A stretch of DNA of 64,000 nucleotides from an uncultured Muribaculum sp. (GTDB lineage Bacteria > Bacteroidota > Bacteroidia > Bacteroidales > Muribaculaceae). Both the position numbers and the translations under genes were made by a program. The stretch spans positions 19,320-83,319 of the forward strand of contig CAJUMZ010000012.1 in assembly GCA_910587665.1 (NCBI GenBank). The letters run 5' to 3'. Positions within the stretch are counted from its first letter, which is position 1; each line of letters begins with the position of its first letter. Below the pieces are notes generated by a model that was not told the DNA's origin, made no database searches, and saw only the letters and a program-made list of their open reading frames with translations. Below are positions 27,579 through 36,601 of the stretch, in pieces.

Positions 27579-29115
27579 ATTTAAATTTATTTTTGAGCAT
27601 CTTTATAATCGAATGACGTTCTGATGCTGATACTCCCCCTAAAAACATAATAACTGTATAGTAAGTAAACAGAATGACTATTCTTAATCCGCAAATAAAT
27701 AAATTATTGCTTTCAATTAAATATTTATCCAGCAGATGTCCTCCGCACAGACAAAGGACAGTGACTGTAAAACAAGGGAGCAAAACATTTTTTGAATAAT
27801 TTTTGAATTGGAAATTAAGCTGCTTTTTTGTAAAACAATACCTTGTGAATATACAACATATACTGATGAAACATCTGATTATCATTACAGAAACAGGCGG
27901 AAAATTTAAATTCAATGCAACATAAGAGAGTATAATATTAGAGAGGAGTATTGAACTTATTAATACTTGATATTTTCTTATTTTTCCTGTGGCTTGGATT
28001 GTCATATAAAGTGGTGCAGACAGGGAGTCAAATAGGAAGGATACGATCATTAGCGTGCAGAATATCCCGGTATATTCCGGGACATTGTCACCAAGCCAAA
28101 GGTATAAGATTTCATCAATATTATATATAATAGGGAATGCAATTGCAAGCATCAGTAAGAATGAAAATCGGCTTGCCTTATATATAAGATTTTTTAACTC
28201 GGTGTATTCGCCCTGTGCATACATCTTCACGATCTGCGGGTTGAAGGCGAGCTGAAAGTTTGATACGAACTGGTTTACGGCATTCCCGACTTGATTGGTA
28301 ATGCCCATAGTGGCGTTTATTGCCACGCCGAAAAACACATTCAGTACCATGCTGACTCCTTGGTTGGAGGTCATTACAGCAAATGCTCCCATCAGGCTCC
28401 ATCCGGAAAAAGAAGCCATTTCTTTAATTACCGGTCGGTCGATGGCGAGCCGCGCGCGCGAACTTATGAATTTATGATTGCAAAATAGTTTGTAGGCAAT
28501 GGTTATCACTATGGTTACACAAAGTGTTAAAATGGCATAGACTACCAAATGGGGAAAGCTGTTAACAATCGACAGCATATAGACAATGGCCAATTTCAGC
28601 CCGACATCGAGAATGCTCATGTACGCATAGAAATCCATCTTCTCATAGGCAATAATCATAGAGTCATAGGGCATGCGCATCAATGTGACAATGAATGATA
28701 GGATTGACAGCTGGAAGACTATATTGGTAGTGGTAATCTTTGATTCCGGAATATTCAGTTTAGTATTTAGAAGCCATAAGCCTATGGTCTCAAGCAGAAT
28801 TAGCAATATCGCGCTAAAAATTGCATATAAAATAAGACTTTGGGAAAATATCGTGTTTGTTTTTTTCTCATTGCCTTTCCCTATTTCGTAGCTTAGAAAC
28901 CGTTGGGTGGCGGTTGAGAGCGGTCCCGTTATGAATGATATTGACACTACTAATGACGCGACAAGACACCAGATGCCGTAATCGTCTATGCCGAGTACTT
29001 CCAAAACGACTCTGGAAGTATAAAGCTGCACAAGCATTGTCACTCCCATGCGTATGTATAGCAGGAGGGTGTTTTTGGCTATGCGGCGATTATTGTTGGA
29101 AATAGATGTAGCCAT
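27535..29115 (-). CDS. wzx: MOP-superfamily oligosaccharide flippase (Wzx)
   Basis: 526 aa, >=12 TM segments. The N-terminus (NNRRIAKNTLLLYIRMGVTMLVQLYTSRVVLEVLG) is typical of polysaccharide biosynthesis/flippase proteins. Confidence 0.85.
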   Translation of the reverse strand: MATSISNNNRRIAKNTLLLYIRMGVTMLVQLYTSRVVLEVLGIDDYGIWCLVASLVVSISFITGPLSTATQRFLSYEIGKGNEKKTNTIFSQSLILYAIFSAILLILLETIGLWLLNTKLNIPESKITTTNIVFQLSILSFIVTLMRMPYDSMIIAYEKMDFYAYMSILDVGLKLAIVYMLSIVNSFPHLVVYAILTLCVTIVITIAYKLFCNHKFISSRARLAIDRPVIKEMASFSGWSLMGAFAVMTSNQGVSMVLNVFFGVAINATMGITNQVGNAVNQFVSNFQLAFNPQIVKMYAQGEYTELKNLIYKASRFSFLLMLAIAFPIIYNIDEILYLWLGDNVPEYTGIFCTLMIVSFLFDSLSAPLYMTIQATGKIRKYQVLISSILLSNIILSYVALNLNFPPVSVMIIRCFISICCIFTRYCFTKKQLNFQFKNYSKNVLLPCFTVTVLCLCGGHLLDKYLIESNNLFICGLRIVILFTYYTVIMFLGGVSASERHSIIKMLKNKFKYVKKHFVSWRMGIS

Positions 29116-29140
29116 ACATCTAATGGCAGGGGGAGGAGGA

Positions 29141-29725
29141 TTAGGGGAGGGGCTCGACGTTGATGCGGTCGATGTTGAGGCGGGCGCAGCCGAGGATGTC
29201 GAGGCGTACGACGAGCTCGGAGCCGGTGCCGGTGTCGATGATCTCGCCTTCGAGTCCCATGAGGCTGCCGCGGAGCACCTTTACGCGGTCGCCTCGGCGG
29301 AGCGGGGTGGCTTCGACGGTCACGGGGGTGTCGGAGTTGCCGAGGATGAAGCGGAGTGTGCGCATCTCGCGGTCGGGAATAGTGGCGGGTGTGCGTTGAG
29401 CGGCGACCGCCTTGTTGGTCATGAAGCGGTTGATGTAGGGCAGGGTGACTATGAGCCGACGCTGCTTTTCGGTGCAGTGAATGAAGACGATTGTGCGTAT
29501 TACGACTGTGTCGACTGTGGCGCGGCGACCGTTTCTCCAGATTTTGGTGACCTGCTGTGTCGCGACGTAGGAGTCGTAGCCGAGAGAGGTGAGGCGTCGG
29601 TGCACGTCTTTTTCGCTATTGTTGTTGACAATAGCGACGTACCATTTGGGGGTCGGCACGCCTGCGGCGTCGCCAGCGACTGTGTGTGCTGCCGGAAGGT
29701 TGTTGGAAATTTGTGCAGTGCTCAT
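29141..29725 (-). CDS. upxY: UpxY-family NusG-like transcription antiterminator, first gene of the capsule operon
   Basis: 194 aa with an NGN-like WYVAIVNNNSEKDV block and a KOW-like GDRVKVLRGSLMGLEGEI. It is GC-rich, unlike the AT-rich genes it precedes. Confidence 0.85.
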   Translation of the reverse strand: MSTAQISNNLPAAHTVAGDAAGVPTPKWYVAIVNNNSEKDVHRRLTSLGYDSYVATQQVTKIWRNGRRATVDTVVIRTIVFIHCTEKQRRLIVTLPYINRFMTNKAVAAQRTPATIPDREMRTLRFILGNSDTPVTVEATPLRRGDRVKVLRGSLMGLEGEIIDTGTGSELVVRLDILGCARLNIDRINVEPLP

Positions 29726-29783
29726 TGTGTTGAATGAACGCTAACTGTTTCAGCCGCCAAGGGGAAGGGGGCTAAAGACGTGC

Positions 29784-29791
29784 CAAAATTA
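29784..29791 (-). promoter_or_regulatory. -7 box (CAAAATTA on plus = TAATTTTG on minus) for the capsule operon
   Basis: Exact TAnnTTTG on the minus strand, ~60 nt upstream of the upxY ATG (29725). Confidence 0.45.
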
Positions 29792-29819
29792 CCAAAAATC
29801 TTTGAAACTACAAAATTTT

Positions 29820-29936
29820 GAGTTTTCGGGTTTTCGAGAGTTTTCGGGTTTTCGAGAGTTGTCGGGGGACTTTAGGGTCTTTAAGGACTTTAAGGGCGTT
29901 AGAGTCGTTTGGGATGTTGGGGGCTTTGGGGGGGTC
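29820..29936. repeat. 9-bp-periodic degenerate tandem array (13 units)
   Basis: Reading in 9-mers from 29820: gagttttcg ggttttcga gagttttcg ggttttcga gagttgtcg ggggacttt agggtcttt aaggacttt aagggcgtt agagtcgtt tgggatgtt gggggcttt gggggggtc. The first two 18-mers are identical. Confidence 0.85.
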
Positions 29937-31089
29937 AGGGGCGGGGTGAGCGTTCGTAGCGGGCGTAGAGGATGAAGAGGAGGATGCAGCCGACGAATAC
30001 GATCGGGATGCCTACTATGGAGGGGGCGGTGTAGCCGTAGCCTCGTGCTATTACGGAGCCTCCTACCCACGCGGCTATGGCGTTGCCGGCGTTGTAGGCG
30101 ATCTGGATGCACGCGCCGCCAAGGAGTTCGCCCCCGCGGGAATAGCCGACGATTGATGACTGGAGGGGACTGCCTGAGCCGAATAGTGCCGCTGTACCAA
30201 GCATCATGAGGATTACCGCCGCTATCTTGAATGGGGCGAGGAAGAAGAAGAGTAGCAGCACGGGTATGGCGGATGCCTGCACCCATGCGGCTATCCAAGA
30301 GGTCTTGTAGCGGTCGCTGAGCTTTCCGGCTATGATATTGCCGGCAAACATTCCGAATCCGGCGAGCACCATGAGCCAAGAGAGTGATGACTGTGAAAAT
30401 CCGGCGACGAGTGTAAGCTGCGGGTCGATGTAGCTGTACCAGCAGTAGATACCGACCTGTCCGAATATCACGCCACCGAAGATGAGCCACGGCGGTAGTG
30501 TGCGGAGAAAACGGAACTGTCCTTTGAAGCCGTTGTCCTCGATGCCTGCGACGTCGGGCACCCATGCCTTGATGGCGATTATGGTGGCGATGCCTGTGGC
30601 TCCGACGATGAGGAAGGCTACGCGCCATGTGACGGTGTTGGTGATGAGGGTGCCGAGGGGGACTCCTATCAGTGTCGCCACCGTCATCCCGGCAATCATG
30701 TAAGAGACCGCGCTTACCTCGTGGCCTTTGCTCGCAAGCCTCCGCGCCACTATCGCCCCGACGCCGAAGTAGGCGCCATGGGGAAGCCCGGAGATGAAGC
30801 GCGAAATGAAGAATGTGTAATATCCGGGAGAAATTGCCGCCGCGAGGTTGCCTATGGCTATTATGGCGGCGAGAATCAGCATAATTGTCTTCAGCGGGAG
30901 CCGTCGTGCAAAGAGCAGTGCGGGCGCGCCGACGCACACGCCGAGCGCGTAAGCCGAGATGAAATATCCGGCGCGGGAGATGGAGATGTCCATTGTCGAA
31001 GCGATGTCACCGAGTATTCCCATCATCAGGAATTCGGCTATGCCGAGGGCGAATGTGCCCATGGCGAGCGCAAACAAGCTTTTGTTCAT
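29935..31089 (-). CDS. MFS transporter (sugar/drug efflux-like, 12 TM)
   Basis: 384 aa. MNKSLFALAMGTFALGIAEFLMMGILGDIA is the N-terminus typical of the YdhP/AraJ-like MFS group. Confidence 0.9.
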   Translation of the reverse strand: MNKSLFALAMGTFALGIAEFLMMGILGDIASTMDISISRAGYFISAYALGVCVGAPALLFARRLPLKTIMLILAAIIAIGNLAAAISPGYYTFFISRFISGLPHGAYFGVGAIVARRLASKGHEVSAVSYMIAGMTVATLIGVPLGTLITNTVTWRVAFLIVGATGIATIIAIKAWVPDVAGIEDNGFKGQFRFLRTLPPWLIFGGVIFGQVGIYCWYSYIDPQLTLVAGFSQSSLSWLMVLAGFGMFAGNIIAGKLSDRYKTSWIAAWVQASAIPVLLLFFFLAPFKIAAVILMMLGTAALFGSGSPLQSSIVGYSRGGELLGGACIQIAYNAGNAIAAWVGGSVIARGYGYTAPSIVGIPIVFVGCILLFILYARYERSPRP

Positions 31090-31242
31090 AGGTGTAATCT
31101 TAAAAACGGGTGCAAAGTTAAGAAATAAAGTGGAATGCCAAATACATAAGGAAATTCTATTATAATATATGTGTCACCGCGAATTGGTCAAATATCTTGA
31201 TTTTTTGTTCTGTTTTTCTTGGCGCGAGGCGGTTTATTTGTG

Positions 31243-31250
31243 TAACTTTG
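31243..31250 (+). promoter_or_regulatory. -7 box TAACTTTG for the FadL-like gene
   Basis: Exact TAnnTTTG, 20 nt upstream of the ATG at 31270. Confidence 0.5.
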
Positions 31251-31269
31251 CCGCGAATTACTAAAATTC

Positions 31270-32613
31270 ATGTATATGAAGAGAATTTTATCAGTTGTTG
31301 CAGCATCGGCGGTCACTCTCTCGCTTGCCGCCGAGGGCTATCAGGTAAACACGTTGAGCGCGCGCCAGAGAGGTATGGCTCATACGGGTGTGGCACAGAA
31401 ACTTGGAGCAGAAAGTATGTATTTCAACCCCGCCGGTCTCGGATTCATGGACAAGACGCTTGACCTCTCGGCAAGTGTCAACGCTGTAGTCGCTACCGCC
31501 AAGGCAAAGGTCGGTGACGAATGGTATGAGACTGACAATGATGTCAGTACGCCGATGATGATCAGTGCGGCGTTTAGTATATACGACAATCTTAAGGCGG
31601 GTATAAACCTATACACCCCTTATGGAAGCTCGATCAACTGGACCAACAATTGGCCCGGCGCCGTGTTGAATCAATCGGTTAAGCTTTCGACATTTACCGT
31701 GCAGCCCACGGTGTCGTGGCGCATAACGCCCAAACTGTCGATCGGCGCGGGGCTTATGGTGGCATGGGGTAGCGTGGATCTCAACAAAGGTCTTGTGAAT
31801 CCCGCCACGATGGATGCCATGCTGGCACTTGCCGGCAGTCCGGTGAAGTTTGGCAATGCGATGCCCGCCTCGGTCAATCTTACCGGGAATGCCAACATCG
31901 CATGTGGATTTAACGTCGGCGTGATGTATGACATCAACAGCCAATGGACAGTCGGAGCCAATTTCCGCTCGAAGATGACTATGAAAGTCAAGGCCGGGGA
32001 GGCAAAGGTGTCATATTACAATGATATAGCCCGCGGTATTCTTGAAGAGAAGCTGTCATTGATCAACGAGGCTGATTTTACCGCCGAGATGCCTATGCCC
32101 GCAGTGTTGACATTCGGTGTGTCATATAAGCCTGTCAATAAGTTACTTCTCGCACTTGACGCCCAGTTTACCGGCTGGCACACGTATAAGGACCTTAACA
32201 TACATTTCCTTGACGGCAACATCAGCCCTTACTACGACCAGTATATCGAGAAGCACTATAAAAACGCATGGGCATTTCGCCTCGGAGCGCAGTATGGCAT
32301 CACCGATCGCTTCGATGTGCGTGCCGGTCTTATACTTGACTTGACTCCGGTAAATAAGAATTATTATAATCCGGAGACACCCGGCATGACCAAGATAGAG
32401 CCGAGTGTCGGCCTGTCATTCCGCCCTTTGCGCAATCTGTCGATCGACTTCTCGATGCTTTATGTAGCAGGTCTTGGTGAGGATAATGCCGGGTGTGACT
32501 ATATTGATTTCCTTTTGGCACAGTCAGGAAGCGGCAACGCCGTCAAGCGTTTTGAAGCCGACTATCGTGTACACGCGTTCGTGCCTTCACTCGGAGTGTC
32601 ATTTTCTTTCTGA
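31270..32613 (+). CDS. outer-membrane transport protein, OMPP1/FadL/TodX family
   Basis: 447 aa with a signal peptide, then EGYQVNTLSARQRGMAHTGVA...NPAGLGFM and a C-terminal aromatic residue (VSFSF). The start could also be the ATG at 31276. Confidence 0.85.
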   Translation: MYMKRILSVVAASAVTLSLAAEGYQVNTLSARQRGMAHTGVAQKLGAESMYFNPAGLGFMDKTLDLSASVNAVVATAKAKVGDEWYETDNDVSTPMMISAAFSIYDNLKAGINLYTPYGSSINWTNNWPGAVLNQSVKLSTFTVQPTVSWRITPKLSIGAGLMVAWGSVDLNKGLVNPATMDAMLALAGSPVKFGNAMPASVNLTGNANIACGFNVGVMYDINSQWTVGANFRSKMTMKVKAGEAKVSYYNDIARGILEEKLSLINEADFTAEMPMPAVLTFGVSYKPVNKLLLALDAQFTGWHTYKDLNIHFLDGNISPYYDQYIEKHYKNAWAFRLGAQYGITDRFDVRAGLILDLTPVNKNYYNPETPGMTKIEPSVGLSFRPLRNLSIDFSMLYVAGLGEDNAGCDYIDFLLAQSGSGNAVKRFEADYRVHAFVPSLGVSFSF

Positions 32614-34950
32614 TTTGTCATTGTAAGTGATGCGGTGTCGGAATGGGAGGTCGGAGGATGATGTGCCGATCTGCAGTTCAAACTCGCCGGGTTCGAGTAT
32701 CCAACCATCTGGCGAACGATAGAATTCCAATTCCTTTAACGGCACATTTAATTCTACCATGCGGCTTTCTCCCGCCGGCACCTCGACCTTGGAGAATGCT
32801 TTAAGCTGATGGACCGGCAGTGAGATTGACGAGTAAAGGTCGCGTACATATAGTTGCACCACTTCCTTGCCGTCGACATCGCCGATATTATCGACCTGCA
32901 CACTGACCTTGATTGTGTCGGTCGAGGATGTGAACTCTGTCCGGTCGACTTTCGGCTCATTTAAGCGGAAGTTAGTGTAGGACAAGCCGTAACCGAAAGG
33001 CCAGAGGGCATATGGAGTGTCAAATACATAACGCCCTCCCGATCTCTCCGGGCTTCCCGGAGAGTCGGCGATGTGGTGACCGCCAACCTCGGCAGGTGCG
33101 CCGGTCTCCTCATTCCATACCAGACGGTCGGCAAGCGGGTGATTGTAGAAGCATGGCGTATTTCCCGTAGATCTCGGGAAGGATACATTCAATTTTCCTG
33201 ACGGATTGACATATCCGGCAAGGATGTCGGCAAGAGCCGCTCCCTGCTGCTCTCCACCGTAAAACTGCACCAGTAATGCGTCGGCGTTTCGGTCAGCCCA
33301 GTCCATGACCAGCGGCTTCCCGGTGATGAGTACCACTACGACCGGGCAACCGGTCTCTTTGACTGCCTCAAGCAGTTGTTGCTGAGAGCCGGGGAGTGTC
33401 AGTTCCGACAGGTCAAAACCTTCGCCTGTGGTCGGAATTCCGGCAGGCGCGTTGCGCCCCAGCCAGTAGCTGCGTGTACCCACTGCCACGATGGCGACAT
33501 CGGCGCGGCTTGCTGCATCACGTGCGCGGCAGATTGCTGTTGTATCTGTGCTCCACCAGTCACAGCCTTCGGTAAGCGACAACTCAACTCCGGCTGGCAA
33601 TCTTTTCTTCAATTCGTCATAAAGGGTAGTGCATATGCCTGATGCATCGGGACCGACCCAACTGTAGTCACCGGGAGGGGCGAAGTTGGCATTTGGTCCG
33701 ATGAGGGCTACGCGCATTCCGGGCTTGAGGTCAAGGGGTAGGATACCATTGTTTTTCAGAAGCACGGAACTCTCGGCGGCAATATCATATGCAAGCCGTA
33801 TGTTTTCGGGTGTATGTACGGCTGCGTTGACATCGGCGGTTGTGGTATGGGAAGGGTCGTCAAAGAAGCCTAAGTCAAATTTGGCGCGGAGCAATCGGCG
33901 TACAGCCCGGTCAATAACTGCCTCATCGAGTTCGCCGCTCTTTACAAGGTCTTCAAGGTTGCTGAAAGCCCAGTCGGCACAATCCATGTCAATTCCGGCA
34001 TTGACGGCGATAAGGGCTGCCTCACGCTCGTTACGTGCCACCCGGTGCTGTGAAGAGAGACGACTCACTGCACCCCAGTCGGAGTAGACATATCCGTCGA
34101 ATCCCATCTCGTCACGGAGCACGTCGGTCATAAGGTGCCGGGAACCGGTACACGGCACACCGTCATAGGTATTGTAGCTGCTCATTATCGCATAGGGGTG
34201 AGCCTCTGCTATAACTTTCCGAAACGGATAGCCATAGATATTGTGCAGGTCATTTTCTCCACCTGCGGCTGAAGCCCCGTTAAGTCCGCCTGTCGGGCTT
34301 CCATAGGCAATGAAATGCTTGGGCATCGCTCCGACGCCATTATCCTGTGCACCTCTGATAAAGTTGGATCCCATAATCCCGACCAGATACGGGTCCTCAC
34401 CGTAACATTCCTCGACACGCCCCCATCGCAGTTCCCGGGCGAGGTCCAGGACCGGCGACAGAAACTGGCGGATGCCTATCGCCTTGGCCTCACGGGCTGT
34501 GGCTGACGCCATGCGATAGAGGAGATCCGGATTGAACGTTGAACCGACTGCAAGTGACACAGGGAAGACCGTGCAGCCATTCTGGATTACACCTTGTACG
34601 CCTTCAGCAGTGATTAAGGCCGGAATTTTAAGGCGCGATTCAGCGCGGAGGAAAGCTTGCAGTGAATCGATTATCAGGGCGGCATCAGTAGCCGGAAGGC
34701 TCATGTCGTGCCATGAGCCTACGCCATCTGGGCTATAGCGGTCGGCAAATTCAGAGAGGTTGATTGTTGAATTGTTTTGCATCTGCACCACTTTCTCATG
34801 CAGGGTCATCCGGCTGAGCAGATCCTCGACACGTTCATCTGTAGGAATCGACGGGTCGAGATAGACAGGCGGATTGCTATTTGAGGAATTTGCCGTGAGG
34901 GCACTGATTCCGACAAGAAACAATGTGATGATTGAGGTCAATTGATTCAT
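32599..34950 (-). CDS. GH3 beta-glucosidase/beta-xylosidase-type glycoside hydrolase
   Basis: GH3 N- and C-domains plus a Fn3-like tail, with the nucleophile region GYVYSDWGAV. I prefer the ATG at 34950 (MNQLTSIITLFLVGISALTA signal peptide), because a -7 box overlaps the ORF-track TTG start at 34989. Confidence 0.92.
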   Translation of the reverse strand: MNQLTSIITLFLVGISALTANSSNSNPPVYLDPSIPTDERVEDLLSRMTLHEKVVQMQNNSTINLSEFADRYSPDGVGSWHDMSLPATDAALIIDSLQAFLRAESRLKIPALITAEGVQGVIQNGCTVFPVSLAVGSTFNPDLLYRMASATAREAKAIGIRQFLSPVLDLARELRWGRVEECYGEDPYLVGIMGSNFIRGAQDNGVGAMPKHFIAYGSPTGGLNGASAAGGENDLHNIYGYPFRKVIAEAHPYAIMSSYNTYDGVPCTGSRHLMTDVLRDEMGFDGYVYSDWGAVSRLSSQHRVARNEREAALIAVNAGIDMDCADWAFSNLEDLVKSGELDEAVIDRAVRRLLRAKFDLGFFDDPSHTTTADVNAAVHTPENIRLAYDIAAESSVLLKNNGILPLDLKPGMRVALIGPNANFAPPGDYSWVGPDASGICTTLYDELKKRLPAGVELSLTEGCDWWSTDTTAICRARDAASRADVAIVAVGTRSYWLGRNAPAGIPTTGEGFDLSELTLPGSQQQLLEAVKETGCPVVVVLITGKPLVMDWADRNADALLVQFYGGEQQGAALADILAGYVNPSGKLNVSFPRSTGNTPCFYNHPLADRLVWNEETGAPAEVGGHHIADSPGSPERSGGRYVFDTPYALWPFGYGLSYTNFRLNEPKVDRTEFTSSTDTIKVSVQVDNIGDVDGKEVVQLYVRDLYSSISLPVHQLKAFSKVEVPAGESRMVELNVPLKELEFYRSPDGWILEPGEFELQIGTSSSDLPFRHRITYNDKSERK

Positions 34951-34986
34951 AATGATGCTTGATTCTGACGATTGGTTTGTATGATG

Positions 34987-34994
34987 CAAAATTA
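34987..34994 (-). promoter_or_regulatory. -7 box (CAAAATTA on plus) for the GH3 gene
   Basis: Exact TAnnTTTG on the minus strand, ~37 nt upstream of the ATG at 34950. Confidence 0.45.
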
Positions 34995-35141
34995 GGGAAG
35001 ATAGGCATGAGATTTTGTTAGAAACACTCCATTTTATGCCACATTTTCCTCAATTGAATGAACTTATAGCGCATCTGTGTCGTTTCTTGGACGCGTTGGC
35101 GAGAGAGCGAGGATTGCTCCTGAAGTGGTGAAATGGTGATG

Positions 35142-36369
35142 CAGGGTCACCGCATGGGAATAAATAAAAATTGATTTGAATTAAGCATCATTATAGGTTG
35201 CAGGTCTTGACAAATCTCCATATCGCATTATTTTATAGTCATGAGAGATATGCTTATAACGATATTTGACGGAGTAAAAGACCCGCGAAAGATAGATCAA
35301 TGCACATACGAACTTGGAGACCTTCTTGCGGTCGCCTTTCTCACCTACCTGTCAAAACGGGAGGATTATGCGGATATGGCCCTGTTCGCCCGTCATCAGG
35401 CGCGAGATTTCGGACTTTTCCCATATACGGACAAGAGTCCGTCCTGCGATACATTTGAAAGGTTGTTCGCCGTTCTGAAAACTGAATTTCTGGAACGGGC
35501 AGTCATAGAGCAAGGCAAAAGGATAATGGATGTGCTCAATGAAAAACAGATAGCGATAGACGGCAAAAAGCAATGTGGCACGGCACCGAAAGAAAAGGGT
35601 CCGAAAGGGGATTATCTGCTGAATGCCTATGTTGCCGAGAACTCGTTGTTTATCGGTCAGGAGAAACTGCAGGATAAGGAGAATGAGATATCGGCTATCC
35701 CGCGGCTGCTTGACAGACTTGAGATTGCAGGCTCGATAATAAGCATCGATGCCATAGGTACCCAAGTCGGCATTGCCGACATGATTGTGGCAAAGGGAGG
35801 CCATTATTTTCTTGCCGTCAAGGAAAACCAAGGGGCATTACTCAGTGAAATCAAGGATGTTATAAGATATCACAAGCCGTTTTCAACTCATTCGGAGACT
35901 GAGAAGGAACATGCCCGTGTGGAGACGCGCACCGTGTCGGTATTCTCATCCGGACTGATGGAAGACAAGGAGATCCTGCGGCGGTGGAGGAATCTGAAAA
36001 CAATAGTAAAGGTGGAATCGCATACAGTCCATGTCTCTGACGGCGGCAGGGAAACCACACAGACAAGGTATTATATCAGCGATGAGGATTTTCCGTCTGC
36101 TGCATATTATGGCGGCCTTGCAAGAGGTCATTGGGCTGTCGAGAACGGTCTGCACTGGCATCTCGATGTCACTTTCAGGGAAGACGACTGTCGTGCCCGA
36201 AAGAAAAACGCTGCTCAAAACCTGTCGCTGCTCAGAAAACTTGTCCTGCAGATTGCAAAAGCCACTGATGACAAGCTCAGCCTGAGAAAGAGACTCGTCA
36301 GGGCATCTATGGATAAAGATTATTTAAGAACTATTCTTAATAACTATGGATTCTGATGCGGTTGCCCTG
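35142..36369 (+). mobile_element. ISAs1-family insertion sequence (apparently intact, ~1.23 kb)
   Basis: Imperfect terminal inverted repeats: cagggtcaccgcat (35142-35155) versus the reverse complement of atgcggttgccctg (36356-36369), 12/14 identical with CAGGG termini. They enclose a single transposase ORF. No flanking direct repeat is visible. Confidence 0.8.
35241..36356 (+). CDS. ISAs1-family transposase (H-repeat-associated protein type)
   Basis: 371 aa. N-terminal DDE_Tnp_1-associated block IFDGVKDPRKIDQCTYELGDLLAVAFL and a C-terminal DDE region ...HWAVENGLHWHLDVTFREDD. Confidence 0.92.
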   Translation: MRDMLITIFDGVKDPRKIDQCTYELGDLLAVAFLTYLSKREDYADMALFARHQARDFGLFPYTDKSPSCDTFERLFAVLKTEFLERAVIEQGKRIMDVLNEKQIAIDGKKQCGTAPKEKGPKGDYLLNAYVAENSLFIGQEKLQDKENEISAIPRLLDRLEIAGSIISIDAIGTQVGIADMIVAKGGHYFLAVKENQGALLSEIKDVIRYHKPFSTHSETEKEHARVETRTVSVFSSGLMEDKEILRRWRNLKTIVKVESHTVHVSDGGRETTQTRYYISDEDFPSAAYYGGLARGHWAVENGLHWHLDVTFREDDCRARKKNAAQNLSLLRKLVLQIAKATDDKLSLRKRLVRASMDKDYLRTILNNYGF

Positions 36370-36562
36370 ATAAATAAGGCTTATTTAACGCTCTTAATCG
36401 CCGAAAATCAGCGAATTATTACTACCTTTGCATCGTAAACGAAGAAGGACATTGAAATATCGGGGTGCGCAAAAAGGGAGCATCGCGATTTTTAGAGAGC
36501 TAACTATTTGATAATCATATATGATACGCCTGCGATGTAAATACCAGGCGGATCACCAATAA

Positions 36563-36601
36563 AATAAGCCAAGTGGTTAAAATTCAATTACTTGGCTTAT
36601 T
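36563..36601. terminator. 12-bp perfect hairpin in an ORF-free gap
   Basis: aataagccaagt (36563-36574) pairs with acttggcttatt (36590-36601), with T-rich sequence on both sides. An orphan -7 box TACCTTTG sits at 36423-36430. Confidence 0.4.

Noticed and set aside
29048-29737. 229-aa plus-strand ORF covering the whole upxY region
   Set aside because: It is antisense to a clearly recognisable NusG-like UpxY ORF in a GC-rich stretch. Its translation is low-complexity (G/A/D/V-rich) with no recognisable motif. Long spurious antisense ORFs are typical of GC-rich coding DNA.
29600-29783. A 10-bp inverted repeat (gcacgtcttt near 29602-29611 versus aaagacgtgc at 29774-29783) brackets the capsule promoter. 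I considered it as a Bacteroides-style invertible promoter.
   Set aside because: Ten-bp inverted repeats within a few hundred bp are expected many times by chance in this window. One arm lies inside the upxY coding sequence, so inversion would disrupt the gene. Known capsule invertons have longer repeats that flank only the promoter.
29789-30937. 382-aa minus-strand ORF overlapping the MFS transporter gene
   Set aside because: It is an alternate frame of the same strand as the MFS gene. Its translation is Arg/Pro/His-rich nonsense, and its tail only reads through the 9-bp repeat array. The MFS frame has a clean 12-TM pattern.
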